A stretch of DNA of 63,766 bases, counting the filler, from Craspedostauros australis (Eukaryota), in assembly GCA_030167865.1 (NCBI GenBank). It is 7 parts of 7 records of this genome, joined end to end, with 100 filler letters (N's around TTAATTAATTAA, not from the genome) between each part and the next. Parts side by side here need not be neighbours in the genome. Positions count along the whole stretch, not along the records: positions 19,922 to 24,457 come from JALAGF010002475.1; positions 24,558 to 48,086 come from JALAGF010002477.1; 5 more parts are not named here. One strand, 5' to 3'. The notes under the pieces were generated by a model. That model was not told where the DNA came from. It worked only from the letters and a program-made list of their open reading frames with translations, and did not search any database. Below are positions 23,347 to 37,400 of this stretch, piece by piece. The translations under genes and the position numbers were made by a program. How positions within the stretch are numbered: position 1 is the first letter of the stretch; each line of letters starts with the position of its first letter.

Positions 23347-24378
23347 TCTTTTCTTGTTGTCGCTGTCGTTTCCGATTGTTGTTGATTGTTGCTGTTGTTG
23401 CTGATTGTTTCTGTTGGTGGTCGGTATAATCGTACGAGTGGAGCAGGTAGAGCTGATAGAGCAGGCAGAGTCTGTGGTCCCAAATCAGTTGCGCTTCGAT
23501 GGCGATTATGAGCTCATCTGGTCGAGCTTGATGTCCTCCATTTCATGATCCTGTGCATTGATCACGAAGCAACGTGTCGTCAGTCAACACGCCTGCATGG
23601 ACTTGCGCGGTTCCACCATGGCATGATACGACTGTGCACAGCCACATCATGATCCGAAGCTGGCGTGCTCGCTCGCTCGCACGATACAACCTTCGATGAT
23701 GCCAACTTGGCCACGCTGTGCAGTTGTGCCTCTTCATGTGATACCATAGTACATCCCTCTGTGATGGTCTTGGGGGGAGTCAACCACGATACTATTATGT
23801 TATACTCCGATCGATACACTTCTTCGGGAGTTGCATGTTATCGAACGACTCCGATGGGCTGATCCGCGATGCGACGAACCCACCACGATGACTTCTTCGG
23901 TGGACATCAGAGACGTTTCTCATGTTCTGTGGCGATGACGATGACGACGATGGTGATGACACCACTCGTGTTTCAATCCACAACAAACGTATCCAGGACT
24001 CATCTCGCCTCACCCAATCGTCGCGAACGACAAATAGCACGGGAAGCCAATCGTTGTGTGGCGGTGGCGGCGACGATGATGACAGTGATGGTGGCGGCGC
24101 AACAGAAATCGCCGCTGCGAATACTGATGCAGATCGCCACAACCACAACCACAACCATAACGCTCAACGATGATCACCGTCGGCACCAAGCATCTATCCA
24201 CAGAGTACGAATACCAATACTCTCTCTCGTTTCTCTCTGCTTCTAGCGAGAGACTTCGAACGATGCCGGCTGGTTGACTTGGTTCCTTACTCATTGATCG
24301 CCCAACCACAGAGACAGCCGCAACCAGAAGAATCACGGCAATGGCACCAATGGCACCAATGGCATCGTTGATGCATCA

Positions 24379-24457
24379 AAAGAGGATGATTGGTGCCATC
24401 TGCATCGCGTGCATGGTGGTGGCAACGAACTCACGGTCATCGCCGTCGTCCCCGTCA
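24379..24457 (+). repeat. 79-bp exact direct repeat of 19922-20000 (both ends of the same contig)
   Basis: AAAGAGGATGATTGGTGCC...CGCCGTCGTCCCCGTCA is identical at both contig termini. Confidence 0.95.
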
Positions 24458-26276
24458 NNNNNNNNNNNNNNNNNNNNNNNNNNNNNNNNNNNNNNNNNNN
24501 NTTAATTAATTAANNNNNNNNNNNNNNNNNNNNNNNNNNNNNNNNNNNNNNNNNNNNCTGCACCTTCATCCCATCCTGATGTCGTATGGCACAGCGCAGT
24601 GCACGTACGTACCATCGCATGCTGGTGCAGTTTTGCTCCTCCTCACCTGTTCCGAGTCCATTGCGAGAAACTGCGTGCAATCAATTGGGGCCAAAAACAG
24701 TCGAAATGTTGATCCGTTCGCACGACTGTAGACACGTCTGAGTTCAGCTTCNNNNNNNNNNNNNNNNNNNNNNNNNNNNNNNNNNNNNNNNNNNNNNNNN
24801 NNNNNNNNNNNNNNNNNNNNNNNNNNNNNNNNNNNNNNNNNNNNNNNNNNNNNNNNNNNNNNNNNNNNNNNNNNNNNNNNNNNNNNNNNNNNNNNNNNNN
24901 NNNNNNNNNNNNNNNNNNNNNNNNNNNNNNNNNNNNNNNNNNNNNNNNNNNNNNNNNNNNNNNNNNNNNNNNAGAGGAACATCATATTAAATTTATAGGG
25001 AAATCTGAGAGGACTTCCCGAGAAAGGTGTACTATTTTCGCTCAGGCGGGTCATAAAAACGTGATTAGCCATAAAGCAGGTGGTGTGGCCAGTGTTGAAA
25101 ATCTGCGCCTGATTTCTGTTGTTACCAGTGGGCTATTTGCTTGGCTGTTCATTTTTGGATCAGTGATTCATACCTGTCGATGCCATCACTGTGATCAACC
25201 TCTTACCGCAGCTCTTCTTCTCTCCATTTTGCATCTCACGTGTGTGTGTTTTGGTTGGAGAATAACCGTATCAACAGGACATGAAGTCATGCAGAGTCCT
25301 CTGCTCCGCTGTGCTCTTTTCTCTTCCATTTCTTCTTGTTGTTGTTTGCGTTGTGCCCATTCGCACACACTGTTGTCACGGCCACGCTGAAAAAGGCGCT
25401 CGGAGTTGCATTCCAGCCTACGTGTGTGCGTACGAGCAGCAGGTGGCCAGCCCCGCTCACTTCCAACGCACAAACGCAAACGTACGCACAATCCTGAGCG
25501 CAGGCTCATCTTGGTAAGGCCAAGGAGAACACGTGACGCACATTAAGACGTACTACCTGGTAAACAATTAACGGGACACGACTTTTGGGTAGAACGAAAC
25601 CGAGGAGAACGAACAGCAGGTATGCTGGGCGAACAATTAGTCGTCATTGCGGAGTTGAAGTGTGACACCCGCTTGGATCATCAAGTTGCTAAGGTGTCGT
25701 TGTTCGTGTCAAGACTCTCCATCACCACTCGAGTTCTCTCACTCGGCTATGGCGATGACGCATGAACTTACGACCACGATCTCAATGGGAGACGTGCAGG
25801 TAAAAAGCTCCTGTGCACCGCACTCTTTCGGTCCAGCCGCCAAAAGGCCGGAAGCAATCACGCCTCGATCGGAATTCGCACACATGCAAATGTCAAGAAC
25901 CTCTTTTGGCCAATCAGAACGGCATTTGGGCCTTATCGCTTCTGACTCATTGGATCGAAACAGTCGAAGACTTCTGGTTCGTGTTTGGGAAACAAGCCAC
26001 GAGTCCCGATTGGCGCCAAAACCACGAAATCGCACGCAACGAATCACAGCCACAAACACAACACATCACGAAGATCTGATTTCGAGCGCATTCCACCACA
26101 CACATCAGTCGACACATCAACACCTCCAATACCAACAATACATGACGAGTTCCAACCGAACACAATTCAGTCATCCATTGCAGCATCTATTGTGTAATAT
26201 TATATAATAGAATATTACATTGCATTCTATTTTTACACATTATTAACGCTACTCATCACGCTTCGACAACTTGACA

Positions 26277-27485
26277 ATGGGACACTCGCGCGCAGCGACG
26301 ATGATGCTGTATGGATTTGTCTACCATACATCCATCATGCGATCATGCACGACCACAGCTGCGTTCGTTGTCGGTGGCGCTCGAATGCATGCAGCAATGT
26401 CACACTCGTGCAGCCAATCAAATAGGATGGCAATTGCAATGGCGGCGACGACAACGAATGGGAATGAGACTCCGCAGCGTACGCGGTACACGATCGATGA
26501 CACCGACTGTCCACCGGTCGCTGATTCCGAACTGAACGCGCTCATCGTCAAGCACTGCAACAAGCTGCCGCTCTTTTGGACGAAGCGTCCCATCGCGAAG
26601 CACACGAAGGTGGCATTCGGTCACCTCGAAGAGATGGTGCGGGAATTCAGCAGCAACAGCAACAACAGCAGCAGCACGACGGATAATGCCGATGCACGAT
26701 CAGATGGCATTCGCTGCAAGATCATTCTGGACAGTGGATGTGGAACGGGCCGTTCCACCAGATTGTTGTCGAAGATGTACCCGGACCATCTTGTCATTGG
26801 TGTCGACCGTTCCTTCACGAGGTTGTCCACAAATACGAAAAGCAGTGAGACCGGCATCGATGCCGACTCTGTCTCTGACTGCGAATCCAAGGGCGACACC
26901 GATAGCGATAGCGGTGACGACCGCGACGAGGACGACATTGGCGAGGAAGAAGGTCGAGAGAGCAAACGGCCGTACATCGAACAGCTTTCACCGAACTGCA
27001 TCATCGTCCGGGCGGAGCTGAACGACTTTTGGAGATGCTGCATCATCAACAAGTGGCCGATTGAACGGCATTACATCCTGTACCCCAATCCGTATCCCAA
27101 AAAGAACCGCATCAAGCAGCGCTTCTACGGCCATCCAGGATTCCCAATCCTGCTCGGCGCGAGCTGCGGCAATCCCATCATCGTGCGCAGCAATTGGCAA
27201 GGTTTCCTGAAGGAATTCGCCATGTCGGTGCAATGCGCGGATGCTGCATTGCGAGCGATGGACGAAGACGCCATCGCCGACATGAAGGATCCCGCGATAG
27301 TGGGCGAGGCGGCGTTGCCGGATCTCGATGTCCTGTCGTGGGCCTCGGCCTACGTTGATGCGGCGAAGAAAGGGCCGAGCGAGAGGCTGGACAAGTCGGT
27401 GGGGATGACGAATTTTGAGCGAAAGTTCGATCGTGTCGGCGAACGGACGTACGAATTGATTCTGTCGAAGGGTATTGCAGAATGA
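26277..27485 (+). CDS. TrmB-like SAM-dependent (tRNA m7G46-type) methyltransferase, probably plastid-targeted
   Basis: IILDSGCGTG, VIGVDRS, HYILYPNPYPK, IVRSNW, TNFERKF. The N-terminal hydrophobic stretch ends in TTAAF|V. Confidence 0.8.
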   Translation: MGHSRAATMMLYGFVYHTSIMRSCTTTAAFVVGGARMHAAMSHSCSQSNRMAIAMAATTTNGNETPQRTRYTIDDTDCPPVADSELNALIVKHCNKLPLFWTKRPIAKHTKVAFGHLEEMVREFSSNSNNSSSTTDNADARSDGIRCKIILDSGCGTGRSTRLLSKMYPDHLVIGVDRSFTRLSTNTKSSETGIDADSVSDCESKGDTDSDSGDDRDEDDIGEEEGRESKRPYIEQLSPNCIIVRAELNDFWRCCIINKWPIERHYILYPNPYPKKNRIKQRFYGHPGFPILLGASCGNPIIVRSNWQGFLKEFAMSVQCADAALRAMDEDAIADMKDPAIVGEAALPDLDVLSWASAYVDAAKKGPSERLDKSVGMTNFERKFDRVGERTYELILSKGIAE

Positions 27486-29000
27486 GCATTCATCCTTGGC
27501 GCCTCCATTCATCTTCCATGGGCCTACTCGTAGCGATGGGCATGGACGATAGAGAGACTCTCGAGCCATTTGAGCCGATACTATTTGCGAGTATCGGTGA
27601 TGTTTCATCCAAGTGCAGCGGTGGCAACGATGGCTCCAAGGAGATGTGCGACACTGGCCGCTTCCTCGCTGTCGCATTCTCCTATGGTCGGTTTGTGGTT
27701 GATGGGAAGGTAGAAGGTTCGAAAACGATAGAATATGCTTTCTGAATGCCTGACAACATACGCACACACGCAGACACACACTCAGACACGCAAAACAGCG
27801 GTATCATCACATTCCATCTCCCTCTCTCTGGTGAATCACGAAAACACTATTGACGCAGACTTGTGGAGCCTGTAACTACGTGCTCTGAACGATTATGTTG
27901 TATTAACAAACGCTCGGCTCAGAACTGTTCCCTCCAATGCGAACATTATCCATCCTCACTCCCTTGGGATTCGGCAAAGCTTCCCTGTGCTCGCATTGAA
28001 TGTTGCTGCCACCTCGCTGATGAGATCCAACATTCAAATGAACGAATGCAATCAAGCAAGTGAACAAGGAGGCAAGCAAGCAAAAGAGGATATCCAAACC
28101 AACGATGAACTGGACGAGAGCGAAAGCCTCCTTCCCCCCAAACCAGATTTTCGCCTCGGACAACGATAGCGATGGCTTGTCGCTCTTCGCAGTGGTGCTT
28201 TTCCTTTGCGTTGCATCATTTGAACGCGGCAAAGGGTTATGATCTGGTAGAGTCCGTAATAATGACAAAGTCTGGATCGATGGGTGTAGGTGAAGATGCC
28301 CTCGTATTCGTGCCATGCATAGGCCCTTGGACTCCAACTTCGGGAACAGCAATGAATGACTCATACGACCATATCTCTAGACAAGTGTATTGTGTACGGG
28401 ATTAATGAATCTTGTTTGGAATTTGACACTTGAACGTTTTTTACGTTTGATACGGTTATTATCACCTGTTCAAATTCGCGGCGCTGTAGCAAGTCCTTCT
28501 TGACTCGTCCATTTCTCACTTTTGCAAATCTGGTGGAGTGAACAAAAAAGCAAACTCAACGGCAGCAGGGTTCTCATTCCAATCGTCCGAAGACCATCTC
28601 CGACAACATTGTGCGCACCATGAGATGACAGCTGTATGTACATGGCTCGTACATGGCTTGTACATGATTGTTCTCGTGGGTGTGGCATCTGTCACGCCCA
28701 AGTGTACACACATACACACCGTTTTGATTGCCAAGGCTGCGAGTATCTGGAGCGCTCCAAGGAACGAACAGCAGGTCGACAGGGTCATCTGGAAGTATTG
28801 GCAACCACCCTCATCATCATTACAAAGAACAAGACATCGGTATCAGCATCAACATTGGCATCAACAACAGCATCAACAGCATCAACAGCATCAACAACAA
28901 CAGCACCGCATTGTCTTGTAGCATCCAGAACAAGAAAGGACTCTGCTCCGTTTGATACATTTCTTCACAAGCCAACATCGCGACGAACATCAGCAACACC

Positions 29001-30763
29001 ATGGCACAATCCAACATCTTTGAACGATGCGGACAACTCGCGAGGTGCGTCATTCGGGCGCTCGAGCGTGGGTTGATGAATGATTTTCCTCGGGGTCCAT
29101 GCTGATGACAGGCATTCACCCACAAGAGGGGCATCTCATACGCACTCTCAGTCTTCGTCGGGTCCAGCACCAGCCGTTGACGATGAAACTGAATGCACGT
29201 AGAAATGCACACATTCGTGGAGTAATGCTGGAGGCCCAGCCCTGTACGTTCCGTTTGATGCACTGCACAGCTCTTCTCACATCATGATTCTCATCCCGTC
29301 TCTCTTCTCAATTCATACTGATCGACATACTTCCTCGCGTGTCAATGACAACGGACAACAATCAAATGAATGAATGCATGAATGGACCACGCAATGCATC
29401 TTCGCTGCATCCTCTCGCCGACTCACATTATTGCATCACAACAGAATCACCATGCTCATCGTGGGAGCGGGCGCCATCGTCTGCTCAGTATTCACAGCCT
29501 ACACGTGTGACTTCTTTGAATTCCGCACGCTCGATGGGGAGCCCTGGGATCAGCTGTTCGCGCCATTCGACAACGTTTCTTCCTCTCACGTTGGCTTCTT
29601 CCGATATTCGTCGAGTGCCCCGTCGTCGTCGTCCAACGGCGAATATGCTTTCGGCAGGAATTGCCAGACCTATGATGATTGGAGAAGCCTGGACAGCGAG
29701 TCCAAGTTGTTTCCGCTATCGCAATATGCATCCGCAGCGGCACCGGGTGCCGCATTGCTGGCATGGATGATCAACTTCATCGAAGTGACATGTCACCAGG
29801 CCAAGAGCCTCTACCTGCTCACTGCGTTCCTCCTACTTGCGGCAACCATCCTGCAGGGCTGCACATTCCTCATTTTCAGCGAGAGTGACTTTTGGTGAGT
29901 TCCAGTTGATCCATGTGACAAGCATTGGCATGCGCATGCCTCATGTTGTGCATGGTCAGCATCCACATCTCCACGCAAGAACAGCGAGCTAGCCTGCTCT
30001 GTTCTACTCTACTCTACTCTGCTTCACCCAATTTTAGCAGGCACCATTCGGCAACGTACGAGTACTAATTGTCTTTCTCTTCTACTTCCTTTTCCGCGAC
30101 CTTATCAAATCAAACGAACTCTTGTTTCCATATCACGTACATATTCGCAGCCTCGAATCCGAGTCTCTGAATGAATGCAGTTTGGGCATCGGAGTGTACT
30201 ACTCTGCGGCCGCAACGTGCGCGTATCTCTTCATGACCCTCCTTACGTGTGCCATGCCAACCTCGAATCCATGTTGTCCGTGCGGCAACACCAGCGGCGA
30301 TGGCGATGAAGATGAGGAGGAGGAATCGCAACAGTCCAAGAATGCTGGCAGCCGAGACAACAGCGACGGCATGGACGCACGATCGATGGGGACTAGCGGC
30401 GAACACGATGATACATCATTCCGTGAAGGCGAGGAAGATATGCCGGAGGGTGCAGATTGCGGATTTCAGCAGAAACTGCAACGCACGAGCCACGAACCAC
30501 GCAACGACGCACCGAGTCGAGCCACCAACGATCTATCCATGACACCGGCAATCTCCGAGGATGAGGAAGATCTGGATCCCATCCTGTTTCCGGAAATGTG
30601 CTGCGGCACCCCGAATCAAGTGAATGGCTTCGTTGAGCCATTGGAGCCTCGCACTTCCTCGTCCGCCGCTGCGCACGCGGTGGCGCCAACCAACACTGTT
30701 GACAACGATGCTATGTCCGACGCAGCCGAAAACGGCTTCGGAGATCGCCAGGACTCACGGTGA
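29001..30763 (+). CDS. Four-TM (claudin/PMP22-like topology) membrane protein; exons 29001-29044, 29445-29894, 30151-30763
   Basis: Both introns (GTGCGT...CAG and GTGAGT...CAG) join in frame. TM1, a Cys-containing loop with GFFRY, TM2-3, TM4 and an acidic tail. Confidence 0.7.
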
Positions 30764-32754
30764 TGATGGTGCCCTCCGATACACGAGCACTTGACATACG
30801 ATGCAATGCGACACGGTGCAACAACATCGGTGCGGTCCACCAGCATGCTGCACTTTGCCACCCCCTACTATTTGCTCCATCGACATTGTCCGACTGCAAC
30901 AACCCACCATGCTCCACCAGAATGTAAAACATGTACTATTAGCATTGTACCATACCCACACAGGGCAACCTCTGGCATCAGTGCACTATTCTCAAACCAA
31001 CCCCGCGCACCCTTTGTGCTCCCGCCCGTGGACAATTGCAAGGACAGAAGCCCACATTCCGTCAACGACGAACCGTGCGATGCACTTCTCATCCATCCTT
31101 GGAGATGCAGTGCTATCGCCGGCGTTGTTGGGGAAGAACATCAGATCATCAACAAACGCACACTTACGTACCCGGTCGTATCGGGAGGCCTCTCTCCCAT
31201 CCAATCCACGTTCAGTCCACAACAGGGTCGCTTTTTCATCTTGGTAGGCGTCAAGATGAGATCGAGAGGCCAAATTAAGGATAGACTGGGGTTGGATGGT
31301 ATTATACTTAACAAATATATATTATACTTGGCATGATATGTACCAATACCAACATGCATGGCTGCTGGGACAGTCTGCATGCATTGGCTTCGACAAAAGC
31401 TGACCACACGCACCTGCGTTTACTCGATTCTACACATTTGCCTGGATTTGGTCCAACTACTAGTTCGAAAGTGCTCACGGACGTGTGTGGTCCGTGAACC
31501 AAACAAACTGTGAAAATACCTTATCACTATATCAGTCTGTCTGTCAATCCGTGGCGGCCATCGTTCTCTGTTGCCCAAAGCGAAAAAGGCGTCAAGATCG
31601 GTTGACGCAGAAACACGATTGCAAAGAACCATAACGCAGAGACTTTGGATTGTTTGTGAAGCATTATCGCGCGTGAACTCCAAACGTATCAGTGGCACAC
31701 AGCGCGCAGAACAGCGCTCCCTGCTCTCACCCTCTCTACCATTACAACCCATCGTCGTCCCCTTACCATACACTGACAGGCAGAACGACGATGCGAACAA
31801 TGACAAGCCACAAGAGATGAATGAGGACCGAGAGGATGCCATCCACAAGGGAGGAAAGATCCTCCCGTGATGGTTGGGTCTGTTCGGATTACAACTTCCC
31901 CGTTTGGCCCTGCTTTTCACAAGATCGGACGTCAACATGATCGGCCACGTTCTGATTCTCCTCTTTGTATCGCGTCTCCGTTGAGCCGCTCGCACATCTT
32001 CCGTCATCTAACTGCCGGTCCATTTTGTACAGCCTCCATCGCGACGGTCGGATTTGGAAACTGGGCGTCGTGCAAAGTGTTGACATAGAGTGGGTTCGAC
32101 CGCGTTCAGGCCGCGTAACGTAACTACTCGCACACTACATACCTCGCACACATCATGCCCAGATCCGCACACGCGATGGATTGCTATCACAGTTTCCCCA
32201 TCATGAAAGAGAGGGCCATCGTCACCAGAAAACTGCTTTCATCCGCGGCAGCGCAACGCAAGGCATCAAATCCGCGTGAAAGCGGATTCTTGATGCTCAA
32301 ATGTTCATGGTTGATCCTTGGAGGCCTCCGAGACGAGGTTTCGTGTCTTTTGGTTCGCAATGCGCACATCACGCGTTGTCTCATCGGCGAAGTTGGCTTT
32401 TTTAGCCTGGATACATGATCAAGAGAGGCGTGATGTGGTGTGGCAATCAATCGTCCGGCTAGCACAAGAGAATGACGAATCCTTCCCAAGGAGGATACTT
32501 TCCGTTGTGCCCGAATTTGCACGACCAGGTGTTGTTCAGCCCTTGGGCGGATGTGTGCTAGTGGCCCGATCTTCATCACGTCACCTCTCTCGCACATGTC
32601 ACAACTCACAGCCACTTTGTTCAACAACCACGCACCTCGCGTCTCTCCTCCAACAACCGCATCAGTCAGAATCATAAAACCAAAAGCTGTCACAAAACAC
32701 AAACAAGCACAAACAAGCACAACCAACGACGCCAATACCACCATCGCAAACAAA

Positions 32755-33414
32755 ATGAAGTTCATCACATCCACAACCGCTCTCGTCTCTCTTCTCGCAG
32801 CATCCTCTGTGAGCGCATTGCCCACCGGGCCAGGAAGCTGCGATTCGCCAACCCCATTCACAGGCGGACCGCACACCAACGAAATTGGCACGTCGAGCTT
32901 TGCGGGCGTCGGACTCCAGGTGAAGATCGGTGACACCGTCCTTGATCCAAACACCCCCTTCAATGTCCCAATTGGAATGGATCACAAGATCGAGATTTCC
33001 AGCACGGGCACCATGTTCAAGGGCTTCCTCCTCAAGCTTTTCAAGAACGGCACCGACACAACCGGCTTCTTCACCACCACCAATGCCCTCGCCCAAGTCT
33101 TGAACAACTGCGCAAACATGGATGCTGCCGGTCTCGGACACAACAGCAATGTCCCAAAGACCGCGGCCGACGGAACCCTCAACATCCCTTCCGCCATGAG
33201 CGACCTCAAACTCGAGGTGGCGTCCGTCATTTCGGCTTCTTTTGCGGCCGGATCCGTGCATTACCTCAGTGACTACACCATCAATGCCATCGACGAAGGC
33301 GCCACCATGGCTCCAACGATGGCCCCCACCAGTGCTGCCGCGCCATCTCGATCAGCGCTGGCCGCCTCCGCTGTCGCCGGAATTGCCTGTGCCGTCGGTT
33401 CCATGTTCCTTTAA
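32755..33414 (+). CDS. Secreted Reeler-like domain protein with a probable GPI-anchor signal
   Basis: Signal peptide MKFITS...VSA; LPTGPGSC...H, FKGFLL, GLGHNS; PT-rich spacer and hydrophobic C-terminus. Confidence 0.72.
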   Translation: MKFITSTTALVSLLAASSVSALPTGPGSCDSPTPFTGGPHTNEIGTSSFAGVGLQVKIGDTVLDPNTPFNVPIGMDHKIEISSTGTMFKGFLLKLFKNGTDTTGFFTTTNALAQVLNNCANMDAAGLGHNSNVPKTAADGTLNIPSAMSDLKLEVASVISASFAAGSVHYLSDYTINAIDEGATMAPTMAPTSAAAPSRSALAASAVAGIACAVGSMFL

Positions 33415-34467
33415 AGTACTTGTATGGTACCACACATACGGAACCACACAACCACACACTACTTGTACCATGCCAGGACATAACCACGGAAAACTAGGAA
33501 CTTCATATAATATATGTTAGGATAATGACGACAATGGCGTGCCGTTCTTCCTCTAATCGCATTGAACCTCGTGGAGTAGTTGCATAGCGCTCTCGCGAAA
33601 TCGTCGAATATCTTTGGTGTCTGAACTGTTGTTCAATTCCTTCATGTCGCTGTGCGCATCGGCGATGGCCGTCGCAACTGTTGTTGTTGGCAACATCCGT
33701 ATCTTGACCGTGGAAGAACTGCAATTGTCTTCCACGCTGTTCGGCGTTTGTGCCTTCTCCACGACCGGCCGTGGAATCGTAATGACATGGGCGTCCCCAA
33801 AAGATGATGGCCTCATTCATTGTCGGAGCCGTCGATCCAAAAGTTCTCACCGGTCTTCGCGAGGGACACCTCATGGGTTCGCCATCTCAGCCTCTTTCCT
33901 CCAAACGCATGATGGCGATGACGCAGCGGCAGGGATCTGACGTTTCCATTCCACACATGTGATCTGTGTTTGTATTCAGCACACATAATATTATAGAATA
34001 GAATATAATAGAATCATTCTTGGACAACATCGCGCACGGTGCATCAGTGCAAGATGATACTCAGTTCCACATCCATAATCGCAGAGCGTTTGGTAGAATA
34101 TTTGTAAACAACTAACTTTACGACCTGTCCAACAACGACGACGATCATCTTGACATCGATGACGGCAGCGACATTATTTGTCGTGATGGCGACGACACCG
34201 ATCGATCCATTCCCTGGATGGAAATATTGGGACGTTGCCATTCGAACACATTCATCACATCCCCATCTTTCCCCACCCCCTCTCGTCCGTGCTGCTCACA
34301 CATACAAACCGCACCTACATTTACGTATTGGTACACATGCCCAAGTCGACGACCTTGTGCAGTCGGACCCACGCCCAATGTGTGTGTAGTACCCATACGA
34401 TACCATCTCATACTCATGCTACGGAGAGTATGTGCACATACTTTGTGCACATCCATACGCGCCCGGC

Positions 34468-37400
34468 TCAAAGGGAAGATGGGAACCGGCGTTCCACATC
34501 GTAGGGATCGATCATGGCGTGGAGGTGACGCAATGCGCAATCGCCCAGGACGGCCTTGTCGAGCGCATTCTGACCATGAGCGGCCGACGATGATTGGGTC
34601 TGTGGCGTCCGTCCATATCCACCTTCCAGCACAGAGACGACGCGGCCTTGACAGCAAATGTCGGCGATCTCCAAGATCTTGCGCGTCGTCCAGGCATAGT
34701 CCTCTGGTTCCAGATCCATGCCGCGCCGTTCTCGGTTCACCTCGTGCTTCGCATTGCCGACGTCATCGCGGCTCGCATCGAAGCCCGCGCTGATAAGGAT
34801 CAGGTCAGGGTTGAATGCTCTCAACGCCGGCAGCAGACGACTTTGGATTGCATTGCGGTAGGCCACTCTGCCGCTGTTCGGGCCGTTGCCTCCGTTGCCA
34901 CTAACGCCTGGTGGCACAGGCGAGGTCGTCGCGGAACGTAGCGAAGTCGCTTCGTTCGGGATGCTCTCAACGTCGCTGGCTCTCGGTGTTCCTGCATCCG
35001 ATGACACGTCGCCGTCGGTCTTATCATCGACGGTGCGCTTGCGAGTCTTCTGTCTCGTGTTGTGAGATGATCGTGTGGCCGGCGTCGTTGCCGTTGCTGG
35101 TTCCTTCCACATCGGCATGATGGGGACATTGATGATGTTCATTGCCACGTCGTCCTCGTCTCCCGTGCCCGGATAGAACTTGTACTGAAATGACTTGGTT
35201 TCGCGCTTCCCCTTGCGATCGTTGTCGTACAGGTGGATGGAGAAGAAGAACAATTTGGATGGATCGTGACATTTGCGAACAATTTCCTCCGTACCGTTGC
35301 CGTGGTGGATGTCGATGTCCACGATGGCGCAGCGTTCGCAAAGCAGCCGTTCGTCGGAGATAGCGTGCATTGCGCCTGCTGCGACGTTGTTAAAGATGCA
35401 AAATCCACATGATTCGCCGCCATCCAACAACCCGTTCACACCGGCATGGTGACCCGGAGGCCGGACGATGCAAAAGGCGTTTCGATTCCTGCCGACGAGG
35501 ACCCGATCAACGGCATGCTGGACTGCACCGGCTGCCCGACGAGCCGCGTTCAAAGATCCCGCACTGAAGGAAGTGTCGGAGTGTTGTCCCAGCTTGACTC
35601 GCGACTCGGAGATTCTCGACATCGATTTCTGGACCATGGGAGTGAACGGGACGACTGGCGGGGTGATGGACCCGCTACCTCCGGCGCTGTCTTCGTCGCT
35701 GCCGTTCTCGCGTTGCTGCAAAAGCTGTTGCTGGGAGTGCAGCTGTTTCTTCGCTTGACTCTCGAGGTCAGCGCTCAGCCGATTCACGAACTTCAAGTAC
35801 TCCGTGCTGTGCACGCGATTCAAAAGATCGACCTTTGCCTTTTCGAATTCCTGCGAGATGTTGAGTTCGTGTGGGAGGATTCCGATCGGAAGTCCGTCCC
35901 TGTCGGTGCCGCATTTCAAGATCCTGTCCAGGATCGTCGTGACTCGTGCTGGGCATTCCCAATCCGACAATGCTTTCGGGATGTGCTCCAGGCATTCCGG
36001 ATGATGCAAAACGAGCGTCCTGGAGTTCGTGGATGCGTTGAAGTGCGTTGCGCGTGCAAACCTCCTGTCCACGGATGCCTGCTTCAGCACTGCCCGTTGC
36101 TCCTTCGTCAATCGTTTCCTCTTTTGGGCCAACAACTTCAATTCCATAACATTCATCGTGGGCCGTGAAGGGCCACCGGTCGATGAGGAGGAAGACGATG
36201 CTACAACGCCTTCGTCGTCAAAGCCATCAGCGGCGATGTCGATGGGCCGTCGGAAGCTTTTGTTAAGAACGGTTGGACGAGCGCCATTCTCCAACAGCAC
36301 CTGCACCACCTTCGAACTCCGGCGACCAGCACGCATGGCCCAATGCAACGGCGTCTCACCATTGTTATTCTTGGCATCTGCACGATGGTACGAGTGGGCG
36401 GCATGGCGATTGGAAAGTGCCAAATGATCAATTCCATCACCAAAAGGAGACAGAACACGGATGGGAGTGAGTGAGAGATGAAGTGAGATGAGATGAAACG
36501 TGGGCGTGTGTCATGCACAACTTTATTCGTTTTGGTTTCGGTCTCGGTCTTGCAATCGTTCGAACAATGTGTTTGGCCTGCGTCCTTCCTCGTACATGAG
36601 TCATAGCATTTGTTTGATACATACATGCGCGTTCGATCAAGCTGGGAGTTCGAAGTGTGGCAGTAACACACCATGATAGCAACGCAGCCAACGCAACCTG
36701 ACGTGACACAACACGACGTACCTCTTGGTCCGCTTTGGAGCAGGAGCACCGCAGCATGTGGATCACCCGCACGGCAAGCCCAATGCAATGGAGTGTTGCC
36801 GTGCTTATCCCTCGTCGAGGAATCAGCGCCAGCTGAAAGCAGGATGCGACAAATATCCGAAGGCCCAGTGGATACCCGGTTACCGCCGGGTTGCTTCAAA
36901 TTCAATGCCGCGGCCGAGTGCAATGGAACGTAACCAGCTTCGTCCTTGCGTTCCAGATGGTCGCTGTTCAGAGATAAGCCAATTTGGATGGCAGCGGAAT
37001 CCATTTCGCACACGGCCTTGTGGATGCGAGAACGTCCCAAGGTCGTGGAAAGTCCGACGACTGGATGCAGAATAGGAGCCTCCGATTCTGCGGGTGGTGA
37101 TGATTCTTCGAGGTCGAGTTGTCCCGCTCCTGTTGCACCACCCCCCACAGACGGCATCTTTGGCAATCCCACGGCCATGCCATTCTCTTCATCTGAATTC
37201 TTGTCTCCCTTGTGTTTCTTCTCCTCACTGCTAACACAAGACCAATCAAAAGCAAAGGAACAAAAGTGCAGGTAGAGTTCATAAACGTAAGTGAGGCGTA
37301 TCCAACATTGAATGAAATCAATTTGCAGCAATCCAAGCCAACAATGCAAGAAAGCATATGCGGTAAGTGGTGAGCCTTTCGCAAACATTGACACACAAAA

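Noticed and set aside
31186..31300. Structured RNA (GGCCTCTC/GAGAGGCC and CATCTTG/CAAGATG stems)
   Set aside because: Short stems are expected by chance and there is no resemblance to an RNA family I recognise.
32090..32102. GGGTTCGACC B-box-like motif as a second tRNA or SINE
   Set aside because: No cloverleaf or matching A box could be folded around it.
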